Shown in pieces: positions 1-14,369 of a stretch of DNA of 64,000 bases (the first letter of the stretch is position 1; every line of letters starts with the position of its first letter). The stretch comes from the human T2T-CHM13v2.0 reference genome, Homo sapiens. The translations under genes and the position numbers were made by a program. The notes under the pieces are model-generated. The model ran no database searches and had not been told where the DNA came from. It saw nothing but the letters and a program-made list of their open reading frames with translations. The stretch lies in NCBI RefSeq assembly GCF_009914755.1, contig NC_060932.1; one strand, given 5' to 3'.

Positions 1-7
1 AACCTGA

Positions 8-475
<468 letters not shown>

Positions 476-835
476 TAAGATAGGAGAGTCTATTCAAAAA
501 CGAAAAGGGTCAGACATGTTTCAGATGCCCCAGCCTTCTTGGGATATGGGCTTTTTCATGCTAACATCTGTCTCTTAATGAATCCAAAATGGAGGAGTGT
601 TTGCTTTTAAAAGAATACATTTCAGTGAAGGTCTTGATCAAAGAGAGATAATTAAAAAAACACTAAAGAAACATCAAAAACATCTAATTGTAGGGTATCT
701 GGGGGATGATAACACATCCAGGAAACTTTTTCTGAGAGACCTGTGATAGAACCTTAAATGTACTTTTCTTTGTTTTGCTCTCATATGTGAGCAACTTAGA
801 AGAAACATATATTTGTTTGTATTAATCCCACATGA

Positions 836-1026
836 CTAGGGTTGACAGATTTAGCAAATAAAAGTATAGGACACTCAGTTAAATGTGAGTTTTAGATAAA
901 CAACATCCAGTTTATTGTGGCATTATCTATCTCATACTATTTGGGATTAAATACACTAAAAAGTTCTTCATGGTTTTTCTGAAAGCCAAATTGAACTTGG
1001 CCTCCTATATTCATCTAATAACACTA
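836..1026. mobile_element. MER53-like hAT MITE
   Basis: Starts tagggttgacagatttagcaaataaaagtataggacac, matching the MER53 terminus as recalled; roughly palindromic. Confidence 0.65.
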
Positions 1027-1109
1027 TGAATCACTGAAAACATTTTTTCTTTAAAGATATTTTTCTTGGCGAAAGTATTTATTACGTCACTGAATTTTAT
1101 TTTACTAGG

Positions 1110-1618
1110 TGTAGTAGGCGTAATAACGGCATCCCAAAGATGTCCATGTCCTTATCCCTAGAACCTGGGATTATGTTACACTTTATGGCAAATAAGAACT
1201 AAGACAGCAGATAGAATAGTTGGCTAATATGCTGACTTTAAAACAGGGAGATTAACTTAGATCATGTGAATGAGACCAACGTAATCCAAGAATCCTTAAA
1301 TGTGGAAAAGAAAGGCAGAACAGTCAGTGTCTGGGTGATGCGATGTGGGAACGACTCAACAGCCATTGCTGGATTTGAAGATGAAGGAAGGATCCACAAA
1401 CCAAGGAACATGGGCAGCCTCTCAGATTTGAAAAGGCAAAGAAGAAAAAAAAAAAAAAAAAAAGGAAAGCAAACTCAGCTTCTTAGAACCTCTGGAAAGG
1501 AAAAAGGTCCTACGGACACTTTGATTTTTCATGTTTGATCCCCAAAACAGCAAGATAATTTGTGTTGGTTTAGGTCACTAAGCTTATGACAATTTGCTTA
1601 GAAACAGAACACAAATAC
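1110..1618 (+). mobile_element. MLT1D-like MaLR LTR (copy 1 of duplicated flank)
   Basis: tgtagtaggcgtaataacggcatcccaaagatgtccatgtcc start and ...aaataca end. Confidence 0.8.
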
Positions 1619-1928
1619 AATTGCTCCTCAGTATCCATGGGGGATTGGTTCCAGGACCCCCTGTGTATACCAAATGCCTCAGATGCTCAAGTCTCTGATA
1701 TAAAAGAGTAGTAATTTCATATAATCTTCACACTCCTTGCATATACTTTAAATCATTCCTAGATTTCTTGTAACACTGAACACAATGTAAATGCTAAGTA
1801 AGTAGGAGTTATGCTGTATTTCCTAGAAAATAATGGCAAGAGAAAAAGGCCTGTGCATGCTCAATTCAGACACAATGTTTTTGTAGAACGTTTCCTGATG
1901 TGGAACACATGAATAGGAAGGGCCTACT
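1619..1928. mobile_element. MER2-like Tigger MITE (copy 1 of duplicated flank)
   Basis: cagtatccatgggggattggttccaggacccc...ccaaat...gatgctcaagtc. Confidence 0.75.
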
Positions 1929-3959
1929 GGTTTCAAATTATAAACTGAGCATAAAATTAGTAACACAAAAAAGCTAAGGCTACATTTCTGTAATGGAGAA
2001 CAAAGATGAAAACCTACCAACATTTTACGGAATTTTATGTATATCTTTCTTAAACTCTGAAGGCTTATGTGAAAAGACAATGAGGCTCTCAGGAAGAAGG
2101 GACAAAAACTGAAAAAGTTGAGCCTGTTCCTCAGTTTCCATCCAAATGGACTCACTGCTATGGGAATTGCCCTCCTACAGTAGACAAGATGGAACTAGTC
2201 AGCAGGTGTGAGACAGCTGTGTTCATATATTGGATAATAAGCAGTGCAACAAACAAATAAAGTAGGATGTCCTTTTGCCCCAGCTCTCTATAGGGCCAGG
2301 TTACAGGCCACAGCACAGGGAGGAAGACTCACATGGAGACCAGCACCCTGTAGCATTGAGGAGACCAAGGTCAAAGCTCACACAGCACGATACGCCCTGT
2401 GTCAGTCTGTGTGTGTTGTTCTAAAGGAATACCTGAGGTGGGATAATACTTCAGGAAAGGAAGTTATTTGGCTCACTATTTTTGGCTGTGTGAGAAGCAT
2501 GGTGCCTGCATCCGCTCCTTGTTAGGACTCCATAAGCCTTCAGTCATAGTGGAAAGTCAAGTGGGAGCAGGAATATCACGTGGTAAGAGTGGAGCGAGAG
2601 GGTGCAAGGAGGTCCCAGACTCTTTTAAACAACTACATGTTGTATGAGCTCGGAGCAAGAACTCATTCATTTTTGTGATGAAAGCAGTTAGTCATTCATT
2701 AGGGATTCACCCCCACAACCCAAACACTTCCCACCAGATTCCACTTCCAACACTGAGGATTAGATTTCAGCAGGAGGTTTTGAGGGGACAAACATCTGAA
2801 AAATATTATTCTTCCTCTGGCCCCTCAAATCTCATGTCCTTCTCACATTGCAAAATGCAATCATCCCTTCCCAATCACTCCCCAAAGTTTTAACTACTTC
2901 CAGCATTAACTTAATCAAAAGTCCAAAGTTCAAAATCTCATCCCCTGAGACTCAAATTCCTTCCGCCTTTTAGCCTGTACTATCAAAAACAAGTTATGTA
3001 CTTTCATGTTACAATGATGGCACAGGCATTGGCTAGACACTACCATTCTAAAAGGCAGAAATTGGCCAATAAAAGGGATTACAGGCCCCACACATGTCAG
3101 AAACTCAGTAGGGCAGCTATTAAACCTCAAAGTTCGAAAATAATTCTTGATTCCATGTCCTTTATTCTGCTGTGAGGGTGGGCTCTGAAGACCTTGGGCT
3201 GCTCTGCCCCTGTGGCTTTACAGGGTGCAGCCCACATGGCTCCTGTCACAGGTCAGAATCTGATGCCCGTGGCTCTTCCATGCTGAGGGTACAAGCTGTC
3301 AACAGTGTTACTATTCTCAGGTCTGGAGGGCAGTGTTCCCCTTCCCTCAGCTCCACTAGGCAATGCCCCACTGGGGACACTGTGTGGGGAATCCAACCCC
3401 ACGTTTCCCCTTAGCACTGCCCTGGTAGAGTTTTTCTCTTGGTACTCTCCCTTGGCAGCAGTTTTCTGCCTGGAGAACAAGACTTTGCCACACATCCTCT
3501 GAAATCTCGGTGGAAGCTGCCAAGCCTCCTTCCTTTTTGCACTCTGCAGACTTGCAGGCTTAGCACCACATGAACGCTGCCAAGACGTTCTGGCTTTCAC
3601 CCACTGAAGCAGTGGCCAATCTGTACATTAGGCCCTTTGAGCTGAGGCTGGAGGCTGGGCAGCCAGGATGTGTCTTGAGGCTGAGCAGGGCAGCTGTGCC
3701 TGGGTCTGGCCACTGAAACCATTCTTTCCTCCTAGGCCTGTGGGCTGTGGTGGGAGGGAATGCCTCAAAGTTTTCAAAAATGCCTTGTAAGCCTTTTCCC
3801 CATTGTCTTGGCTATTAGCACTTGGCTCCTTCTCAGTCATGCACATCTCTCTAGCAAGTGGTTTCTCCACAGCCCCTTACAGTCCTCTTCTGAAAATGCT
3901 TTTTCTTTCTCTACTAAATTTCTAGGCTGCAAATTTTCCAAATTTTTATGCTTTGCCTC

Positions 3960-4414
3960 TTTCATGCGCGTCCGTGTGAAGAGACCACCAAACAGGCTTT
4001 GTGTGAGCAACATGGCTGTTTATTTCACCTGGGTGCAGGCGGGCTGAGTCTGAAAAGAGAGTCAGCAAAGGGAGATAAGGATGGGGCCGTTTTATAGGAT
4101 TTAGGTAGGTAAAGGAAAATTACAGTCAAAGGGGTTTTGTTCTCTGGTGGGCAGTAGTGGGGGTCGCAAGGTGCTCAGTGGGGTTGCTTTTTGAGCCAGG
4201 ATGAGCCAGGAAAAGGACTTTCACAAGGTAATGTCATCACTTAAGGCAAGGACCGGCCATTCACACTTCTTTTGTGGTGGAATGTCATCCGTTAAATTGG
4301 GGCAGGGCATATTCACTTCTTTTGTGATTCTTCAGTTACTTCAGGCCATCTGGGCGTATATACGTGCAAGTCACAGGGGATGCGATGGCTTGGCTTGGGC
4401 TAAGAGGCCTGATA
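3960..4414 (-). repeat. LTR7, 3' LTR of HERV-H
   Basis: Direct repeat of 9391-9843, about 7% diverged by eye. Confidence 0.95.
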
Positions 4415-6323
4415 TTCCTGCCTTCTTATATTAATAAGAAAAATAAAACAAAATAGTGTTGAAGTGTTGGGGTGGTGAAAATTTTTGGGGGGTGGTATGG
4501 AGAGAGAATGGGCGATGTTTCTCAGGGCTGCTTCAAGCGGGATTAGGGGTGGCGTGGGAATCTAGAGTGGGAGAGATTAAGCTGAAGGGAGGTCTTGTGG
4601 TAAGGGGTGATATTGTGGGGATGTAAGAAGAAACATTTGTCATATAGAATGATTGGTGATGGCCTGGATACGCTTTTGGATGAATTGAGAAACTAAATGG
4701 AATAACAGAAGGAGAAAAAGAGGTATAAAAGGTCTAAGAATTGGGACGACTCAGGATATCTCATTAGAGAGTGCCTAAGGAGACTCATCATAGTCCTGCC
4801 AGCAAAGATTATTTATTTACTTCAAGAGTTAAGAGCGGCAGTTTGGGGATAGCACCAGGAGATATCAGCTGTGATGGCTTGGAAAAACTGTGTAAAACGG
4901 CCGTGTAAACAAGAGCGGGCATGTATGAGTAGTTGAGAATGGTGAATAGGAGTATGACTAGACAGAAGATAGTAGGGATGACAAGTTTTTTGGGGCACAG
5001 TTTAAGTTGGTCTGGTGTCTGGAATGAGACTGGGGCCTAATAAAAAGGAGCGTCTATACAGGAGCTTAAATGGGCTGTACCCTGTAGCATTCTGAGGTCA
5101 GGCCTGAATTCTGAGATGGGAAAGTGCTAAAAGTATTGTCCAGTCCTTTTTGGTGGCTGAGCTTGGTGAGGTGTGTTTTTAAAAGACTTTTAGTCCATTC
5201 TACTTTTCTTGAAGATGGAGGACTGTAAGGGATATAAAGGTCTGAATACTAAGAGCCTGAAAAACTGCTTGGCTGATTTGACTAATAAAGGCTCATCTGT
5301 TAGCAGACTGTATGGAGGTGGGAAGGCTAAACTGAGAAATTATGTCTGACAGAACCAAAGAAATGACTGCGGTGGCCTTCTCAGACCCTGTAGGAAAGGC
5401 CTCTACCTATCCAGTGAAAGTATCTACCTAGACTAAGAGGTATTTTAGTTATCTGACTCAGGGCATGTTGAGTAAAGCTAACTTGCCAGTCCTGGGTGGG
5501 GCAAATCCTCGAGCTTGATGTGTAGGGAAGGGAGGGGGCCTGAATAATCCCTGAGGAGTAGTAGAATAGCAGATGGAACACTGAGAAGTTATTTCCTTCC
5601 TTGAGGATAGATTTCCATGATGGAAAGGAAATAAGAGGTTCTAAGAGACGGGCTAGTGGCTTGTACTATAGTATAACCTGCTTTTGCTGGTGTGTGGCAA
5701 TTAGGCCTGGTGGAGCTGCCATCAATAAATCAAGCGTGATCAGGGTGAGGAACAGGAAAGAAGCAAATATGGGGAAATGGAGTGACTATCAGGTGGATCA
5801 GAGAGATACAGTCATGGGGGTCAGGTGTGGTATCAGGAATAATGTGGGAGGCCAGATTGAAGTCCGGGCCAGGAACAATGGTAATTGTGGGACTTAAAGA
5901 GTGAGTACAGCTGAAGGAGCCGGGGAGCAGAAAGTATATAAGTCAGGTATGAGGAAGAAAATAGATTTTGGAAGTTATGAGAACTGTAGAGAGGGAGTTG
6001 AGCATAGTTTGTGATTTTGAGGGCCTCTAAAAGTATTAAAGCAGCGGCAGCCACTGCACGCAGACATGAGGGCTAGACTAAAACAGTAAGGTCAAGTTGT
6101 TTGCACAGAAAGGCTACAGGGTGCTGTCCTGGCTCTTGTGTAAGAATTCTGACTGCACTAACTATGCCTAGGAAGGAAAGGAGTTGTTTTGTAAGGGATT
6201 GTGGTTTGGGAGATTAATCGGACATGATCAGCAGGCAAAGCACATATGTTTTCATGAGAACTATGCTGAGATAGGTAACAGATGAGGATGACATTTGGGC
6301 TTGACTGAAGTAATGGGGGCTGT

Positions 6324-7154
6324 CTATGAAGCCTTGCGGCAGTACAGCCTAGGTAATTTGCTGAGCCTGATGGGTGTCAGGGTCAGTCTAAGTGGAAGCG
6401 AAGAGAGGCTGGGACAAGGGGTGCAGGGGAATAGTGAAAAAGCATCTTTAAGATCAAGCACAGAATAGTGAGTTGTGGAGGAAGGTATTGAGGACAAAAG
6501 AGTGTACGGGTTGGACACCACAGGGGGGATAGGCAAAACAATTTGGTTGATAAGGTGCAGATCCTGAACTAACTTGTAAGGCTTGTCTGGTTTTAGGACA
6601 GGTAAAATGGGGGAATTGTAAGGAGAGTTTATAGGATTTAAAAGGCCATGCTGTAGCAGGCGAGTGATAACAGGCTTTAATCTTTTTAAAGCATGCTGCG
6701 GGATGGGATATTGGTGTTGAGTGGGGTAAGGGTGATTAGGTTTTAATGAGATGGTAAGGGGTGCATGATCGGTCACCAAGGAGGGAGTAGAGGTATCTTA
6801 TACTTGTGGGTTAAGGTCGGGGGATACAAGAGGACGCAAAGGAGACTTTGGATTGGGAAGAAGGGTGGCAATGAGATATAGCTGTAGTCCAGGAATAGTC
6901 AGGGAAGCAGATAATTTAGTTAAATTGTCTCGGCCTAATAAGGGAACTGGGCAGGTGGGGATAACTAAAAGGGAGTGCTTAAAAGAGTATTGTCTAAGTT
7001 GGCACCAGAGTTGGGGAGTTTTAAGAGGTTTAGAAGCCTGGCCATCAATACCCACAACAGTTATGGAGTCAAGGGAAACAGGCCCTTGAAAAGAAGGTAA
7101 TGTGGAGTGGGTAGCCACCGTAATGATTAAGAAGGGGACGGAATTACCCGCCAC
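6324..7154 (-). pseudogene. HERV-H protease/reverse transcriptase remnant (frameshifted)
   Basis: Retroviral protease-like (IPTCPVPLLGRD) and RT N-terminal motifs split across broken ORFs. Confidence 0.85.
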
Positions 7155-8539
7155 TGTGAGAGTTACTCGAAGTTCAGCGTCCGTGATGGTCTAGGGGGCT
7201 TCCGAGGCGATCGGGCAGTGTCAGTCTTCAGCCACTAAGCGGAGAAGATCTCTGAAGGAGTCAGTCAGAGAGCCTTGGGCCAGAGTTCCAGGGGCTGTGG
7301 GAATGGCTGCCAGGTGAGTTGAACAGTCCGGTTTTCAGTGGGGTCCCACACAGATGGGACGTGGCTTAGGAGGAATCCCGGGCTGTGGGCATTCCTTGGC
7401 CCAGTGGCCAGATTTTGGCATATGTAGCAAGCTCCTGGGGGAGGAGGTTCTGGAGGACTGCCTGGCTGCTGTGGTTCAGGCATTTGGAAGTTCTTGTGTG
7501 CTGGAGATGTGGCTGGGGTTTGTCTCACAGTGGAGGCAACGAATTACAACTTTTTTCTGTTATTGTACGCCTTGAAGGTGAGGTTAATTAAGTCCTGTTT
7601 TGGGGTTTGAGGGCCAGATTCCAATTTTTGGAGTTTTATTTAATGTCGGGAGCAGATTGGGTAATAAAATGTATATTGAGAATAAGACGGCCTTTTGACC
7701 TTTTAGGGTCTAGGGCTGTAAAGCGTGTCAGGGTTGCTGCCAAAGGAGCCATGAACTGGGCTAGATTTTTATATTTGATGAAAAAGAGCCTAAACGCTTC
7801 TGATTTGGGAGAAAGAAAAAGGAGCATTAACCTTGACTATGTCTTTGGCTCCAGCCACCTTTTTAAGAGTAAATTGCTGGGCAGGTGGAGGAGGGCTAGT
7901 CACGGAAGGAAACTGTAAGCCGGACCAGGTGTGAGGAGGGGAGGTGATAAAAAGATTATAGGGTGGAGGAGCAGAGGCTGAGGAAGAATTGGGACGTAGC
8001 TTGGCCTGGTGAGGAGCAGCCTGGGGAGGAAGGGAGATGTCAGATTGGTCTGTAGAAAAGGAAGATTAGAAAGACTCAGCGACACTTGGGGTTGGTACTG
8101 AGGGGACAGGCGGGAGGGAAAGAAGGAAGATTTGGGATGAGTTGCACTGGGCACAGAGACTAGGAAGGGACTGATGTGTAAAAGAATGCCTGGACGTCAG
8201 GCACCTGAGACCATTTGCCTATTTTACAACAAGAATTATTTAGATCTTGTAGGATGGAAAAATTCAAAGTGCCATTTTCTGGCTATTTGGAACTACTGTC
8301 GAGTTTGTATTGGGGTCAAGTGGCATTGCAGAAGAACATAAGGCATTTAGGTTTTAGGTCAGGTGTGACTTGAAGAGGTTTTAAGTTTTTGAGAACACAG
8401 GCCAAGGGAGTAGAAGGAAGAATGGAGCATGGAAGGTTGCCCATAGTGAAGGAAGCAAGCCTAGAGAAAAGAGAGAGTAGAGAAATGGAAGGAAGGGGTT
8501 TGGGGGTTCTTACCTTCCAGAAAAGTGGGAAAAGGGTTT

Positions 8540-8791
8540 GGGGCACAGAGATAAGAGGTCAGGGCATGGAAATAAGGGATTGGGGTGCAGAGATATGAGG
8601 TTGAGGCACTGAAATAAGGGATTGGGGCACAGAGATAAGAGGTTGGGGTGCGGAAATAAGGGATTGGGGCACAGAGATAAGAGGTCGGAGTGCAGAAATA
8701 AGGGATTGGGGTGTAGAGATAAGAGGTTGGGGCATGGAAATAAGGGATTTGGGTGCAGAGATAAGAGGCTGGGGCGTGGAAATAAGGGATT
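8540..8791. repeat. 42-bp tandem repeat x6 in the HERV-H leader
   Basis: aataaggga recurs at 8571, 8613, 8655, 8697, 8739 and 8781; each unit is made of two related 21-mers. Confidence 0.9.
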
Positions 8792-9370
8792 GGGTGTTCT
8801 TGCCCCATAGAAAAGCGGGACTTGCCGCTAAGGGTGAAGGAGAAAGGGTTGAAGGGTACTTGCCCCTCTCCCAGAAAAGCAGAGAAGGGGTAGAGACAAG
8901 GCGAGAAGGAGTTGAGGTACTTGCCCCTTCCCCAGAAAAGCGGGAATTGCCGCTAAGGGTGAAGGACCAAGGCAGGTGTTCCTGCATGGTCAGACACCCT
9001 TGAAATGTGGGTGTATAATCAGAGAGGCATCCCTGCAATGATTAAACACCAAGGGAAGGCTGCCTTCCCAGTCCGTGACCAGTGCCGGAGTTTTGGGTCC
9101 ATGGGAAAAACGTGTCTCCTTTGTCTCTTCCAGAAAATGAAAGGAATTGAAATTAAGAGAAGGGAGAGATTGAAGAGTGGAAAGGAGAAAGTGGTTGAGG
9201 GACAGTGAGAGAGGTTGCAGAAGAGAGTAAGAAGAGGCCGCTTACCTGATTTAAAATTGGTGAGATGTTCCTTGGGCTTGTCGGTCTGATGACCTGAGGT
9301 CATAGGTGGATCTTCTCACGGAGCAAAAAACAGAAGTACAGGGGATTGATCTCCCAAGGGAGGTCCCCCG

Positions 9371-9388
9371 ATCCAAGTCACGGCACCA
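9371..9388 (-). other. HERV-H primer binding site (tRNA-His)
   Basis: Minus strand TGGTGCCGTGACTTGGAT just after the 5' LTR. Confidence 0.9.
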
Positions 9389-9390
9389 AA

Positions 9391-9843
9391 TTTCATGTGC
9401 GTCCGTGTGAAGAGACCACCAAACAGGCTTTGTGTGAGCAACATGGCTGTTTATTTCACCTGAGTGCAGGTGGGCTGAATCCAAAAAGGGAGTCAGTGAA
9501 GGGAGAAAAGTGTGGGGCTGTTTTATAGGATTTGGGTAGGTAAAGGAAAAATACAGTCAAAAGGGGTTTGTTCTCTGGCGGGCAGGAGTAGGGGTTGCAA
9601 GGTGCTCAGTGGGGGTGCTTTTTGAGACAGGATGAGCCAGGAAAAGGACTTTCACAAGGTAATGTCGTCACTTAAGGCAAGGACCGGCCATTTACACTTC
9701 TTTTGTGGTGGAATGTCATCTGTTAAGGTGGGGCAGGGCATATTCACTTCTTTTGTGATTCTTCAGTTACTTCAGACCATCTGGGCGTATACGTGCAAGT
9801 CACAGGGGATGCGATGGCTTGGCTTGGGCTGAGACGCCTGACA
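9391..9843 (-). repeat. LTR7, 5' LTR of HERV-H
   Basis: Minus strand TGTCAGGCGTCTCAGCCCAAGCCAAGCCATCGCATCCCCTGTGAC...CATGAAA. Confidence 0.95.
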
Positions 9844-11164
9844 GCTTCTCCTTTAAGTTCCAAATTTAAAGCATTTATTTGCTCCTGTATCTGATTGCAA
9901 GCTTGTAGAAGCAGCTACATATCTTGAATACTTTGCTCCTTGGAAATTACTTAGACCAGATGCTCTAGCTAATCGCTCTAAAGTTCAACTTTCCACAAAT
10001 CCCTAGGATGTGAACACAGTGCAGCCAAGCTCTTGACTGGGGTGTAACAATCGGGACCCTTGCTGTAATTCCCAGTAACTTCCACTTTTCCATCTAACAA
10101 CTTGATAGCCTGGACTTCACTGTCCATATCTCTGTGAGCATTTTGGTCACATACATTTAACAAGTTTCTAAAGAGTTCCAAACTTTCCCTCATCTTCCTA
10201 TCTTTTGCTGGGCCCTACACACTCTTTCAACCTCTGCCAGTACCCAGTGACAAAGCCACTTCCATATTTTCAGCTGTCTTTACAGCAATGCCCCCTGCAC
10301 AGTACCAATTTTCTGTGTCAGTTTGTTTTTACTCCTATAAAGGAATACCTAATGCTGGGTAATTCATAAGGAAAAGAAGTTTATTTTGGCTCCCTATTCT
10401 GTAGGCTGTATGAGTAGCATGGTGACATCATCTGCTCCTTTTGAGGCCTCAGAAGGCTTCCTTTTGTGTAGCAAGGGGAAGGGGGAGCAGGAGTATCACA
10501 AGCCAGGAGAAGGAGCCAGAGTTGGGGAGGTGCCACACTGTGTGAAACAACCAGATCTCCCATGACTCAAAGAAGGAACTCACAGATTATCTCCAGGACA
10601 GCACCAAGCCATTCATGAGGGATCCACCCCAATGACCCCAACACCTCCTGCCAGGTCCCACCTCCAAGACTGGGAATTACATTTCAACATAGTATTTGTA
10701 GAGTACAAACATCCAACCTGTATCAGACCCCAATTTCCAGTGCACATATCAGAGAGTGGGCTACTGAAAGGAAGCATTGATCTTGAGTGTTGGAGAAGAG
10801 AAGAATGCCTTCACTCTTAGGCTATGTTATGATGTGTGCACACTTGGGCTAAGACTTCCCCAGGCCAGAAAAAAGTAAAAACTCCATAAGGGAGTGAACG
10901 GCATTTTCAGGAGGACAGACAAGTCTTGAAAACTTTGTATCCCCACAGCAAAGTGGAGAGAACTCAGAACCTCAGAAAGCCATCAGCAAGTAGTGGTGCT
11001 AGTTAGCTCTAGATTAAACTGCTCTGCAACTGCTTCAAGAAATTTTCAAGCCATTCCTGAAAAAACCAAATGAATGTATAGAACCCCCAAAATGAACCAG
11101 ATGATGTCTAGCATTCTTTGGGGAAAAAAAACAACCAAAACTGTTACTCAACAATTCAAGCTGT

Positions 11165-11474
<310 letters not shown>

Positions 11475-12055
11475 TCAAAAATTTCCAAGCATGAAAAGAA
11501 GTAGGAAAATACAGCCCATAACTAGGAGAAAAGTCATTCAGTAAAAACAGACCCAATAATGACAAAGGTACTAGGATCAGAAAAGGGAATGTAAAGGAGC
11601 TATTATAAAAGTTATAAATATGTCAAAGGCTGAAGAGAAAACCTTTTTGATGAGGAGGAACACATAAAAAGAACCAAATGGGCCTTCCAGCAATAAAACA
11701 AAATGATCATGAGAACAAAAAATTTTCTGAATTGGATTAATGACATATGACAGTATAGAAGAAAGGATCAGTAAGCCTGAGTCTACATTAACACAAACAA
11801 ATGAAAAAATGAAGCAAAGGGAGAAAAAAAAAACTCTGGATGAAAAATAAACAGTGCACTTCGTAGAAATATCAAGCAATCTAGCACCTATGTGTGTTTG
11901 AAGGCAGAAAGAAGTTCCAGGAGAAAGCATAAAGTTAATGAAATAATAGCCTATTTTTATAAATTTGGTGAGACTGGAAACATACAAATTTGCTATTGAA
12001 AGACATCCAAGAAGAATAATTATTTAAAAAAAAACAGAACAAGAATATCATAATT

Positions 12056-12485
12056 ATACAAGTTCATTTTCACACTGCTATAAAGAACTACCTGAGACTG
12101 GATAATTATAAATAAAAGAGGTTTCTTTGACTCCCAGTTTTGCAGGATTAACAGAAAGCATGGCTAGGAGGCCTCAGGAATCTCACAATCATGATGGAAG
12201 GTGAAGCAGAAGCAAGCAAGTCTTCCACAGTGTCAGACGAAAGAGAGAGGGAGAGAGAGAGAGAGGAAGAGAGACAGAGCACAAGAGTAAGCACAGAAGG
12301 AAACTGCCATTTATAAAACCATCACATCTCTTGAGAATTCACTCACCATCATGAGAACAGCAAGGCAGAAATCACCTCCCCATGATCCAATCACCTCCCA
12401 CCAGGTCCCGCCCCCCCACACTGGGGATTATGGGATTATAATTCCAGATGAGATTTGAGTAGGGACACAGAGCCAAACCATATCA
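12056..12485 (-). mobile_element. MSTA/THE1D-like solo LTR
   Basis: cattttcacactgctataaagaactacctgagactgg...gggacacagagccaaaccatatca. Confidence 0.85.
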
Positions 12486-12681
12486 ATAATCAAATTGTTT
12501 TGAATCAAAAATAATGAGAAAATCTTAAAAGCATTCTGAGAGAAGACACTGCTTACAGAAGTAGAAAAAATAAAGTGACATATTTAAGTATCAAAAGAAG
12601 AAAAATCAGTCAACATAGGACCCTGACAAGCAAAAATACATTTCTAGATTAATGCTAAACACATATTCCAGTAATAAGTAA

Positions 12682-12998
<317 letters not shown>

Positions 12999-14169
12999 AT
13001 AAAGGCATTTTCTAATGACGATAACAAAAACAAAGAGAATTCCTCACTAGCAAACTTGTAGTATAAAACAAGACCCAAATACACGCTGTCTATAAAAACC
13101 CAATGTCTTTATCAAATATAAGGACAAAGATAGGTTGATAGTAAATGGACAGAAAGAGTTATAGTATGGAAACATTAATCTAATGAAAACAGAATTAGCT
13201 GTATCGGCTAACTGACTATAAATCAAAGTAGATTTTACAGCAAGGTGTATTATTACTGATAAAGAGCCTATGTTTTCCAGTGATAAAGTTGTTAAATCAG
13301 CAAGAACACGTATCATTATTATTAAATTAGTATGCACCTAATAAGAGAATCTCAAAATTTTTAAAAAGAAATTGATAGAACTAAGAGAAGAAATTGAAAA
13401 ATTAAGAATTACCATTGAATATTTCAACACTTTTTTCTTTGAAATAGTTTTTTTTAGCAGCAAAGTATAAATAAAGATAGAGAGAACTTGAACAACAGTA
13501 TCATCCATTATGACCTATATAAGCTTTACAGGACACTCCTCCCAATAACAGTAAAATGCATTGAAATATTACCTAAGAGAGCTCATGTCGGACTAAGAAA
13601 CAAAAAAAATCAAAACAATTTAAAATCATATGAAGCATAATGTCTCTCCACAGTGGAATGTATGAAGCTGTGACTAAAGGAAAATAGCTGGAAAATTCCT
13701 CACATATTTGGACATTACTCAACATATTTCTAATGAGTCAAAGGAGAAATTTAAAAATATTTTCACATGACAGCAAATGGAAACATAACATACCAAAATT
13801 TGTGGCAATACAACAAAAGCAGTGCTTGGAGGGAAATTGATAACATTAACTGCTATTATGATGGGAAGTCGAAAGCTCAGAAATAGACAATCTAATATTC
13901 CATTGTAAAAAACCTGGGGAAAAAAGAACTAATTAAGCTGAAAGTAAATAGGAAAACGAGTGAATAAAAAAGAATGTGGACACAAAAGAGAACATTAAAA
14001 ATAAATAAATGAAAGCTACTTGCTTGAGAGAATGCATAAAATTGTGAGAACTCTCGATAGGTTCCTTAAGGGGAAAAAGGAAATTACTAGAAGTCTCAGG
14101 TGCACACCCAGGCTTCAGGCAGGCAGGAAACAGATTAGGTCTGCGTTTCAGGGTCATGTAGTCAGGCCG

Positions 14170-14183
14170 CCACGAGGTGGCAG
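14170..14183 (+). promoter_or_regulatory. Candidate CTCF binding site
   Basis: CCACGAGGTGGCAG, a close match to the CTCF core, in a small GC/CpG-rich patch. Confidence 0.55.
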
Positions 14184-14369
14184 TAACTGCGCGCTCATTC
14201 CCTCACCTCCTGCAAGGCCGGGCCAGGCTGTGGACTCACCGCTCAGCTCAGGAGATGGGAGAGGGTGACAGTAGCCGCGTGGACTCTGGCCTTAGGCAGA
14301 GCGTTACTGTAGCTTTGGGGTTGTAGGAGGATGAAGAGGGGAGGTTATCAGGACACCATGGTGATTGTG

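Larger units (their letters stand above)
3960..9843 (-). mobile_element. HERV-H provirus (LTR7-int-LTR7, ~5.9 kb, internally deleted type)
   Basis: LTRs at 9391-9843 (5') and 3960-4414 (3'); tRNA-His PBS at 9371-9388; polypurine tract next to 4415; gag zinc-knuckle, protease and RT remnants (6324-6779: PYNSPILPVLKPDKPYKLVQDL...YSVLDLKDAF); 5-bp TSD gcctc/gcttc. Confidence 0.96.
2398..10725 (-). mobile_element. Full-length MST (MSTB-like) MaLR element, LTR-int-LTR, interrupted by HERV-H
   Basis: Two similar antisense LTRs (~2398-2808 and ~10314-10725, both starting tgtgtcagt..taaaggaatacct); MaLR internal sequence at ~2809-3959 and ~9844-10313. Confidence 0.8.

Noticed and set aside
6324-7154. 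Functional retroviral pol
   Set aside because: Frameshifted after LKDAF; fragmented and internally deleted provirus.
8461-9038. Repetitive ORFs and a CRISPR-like periodic array
   Set aside because: Head-to-tail minisatellite in the HERV-H leader with no unique spacers, in a eukaryotic context.
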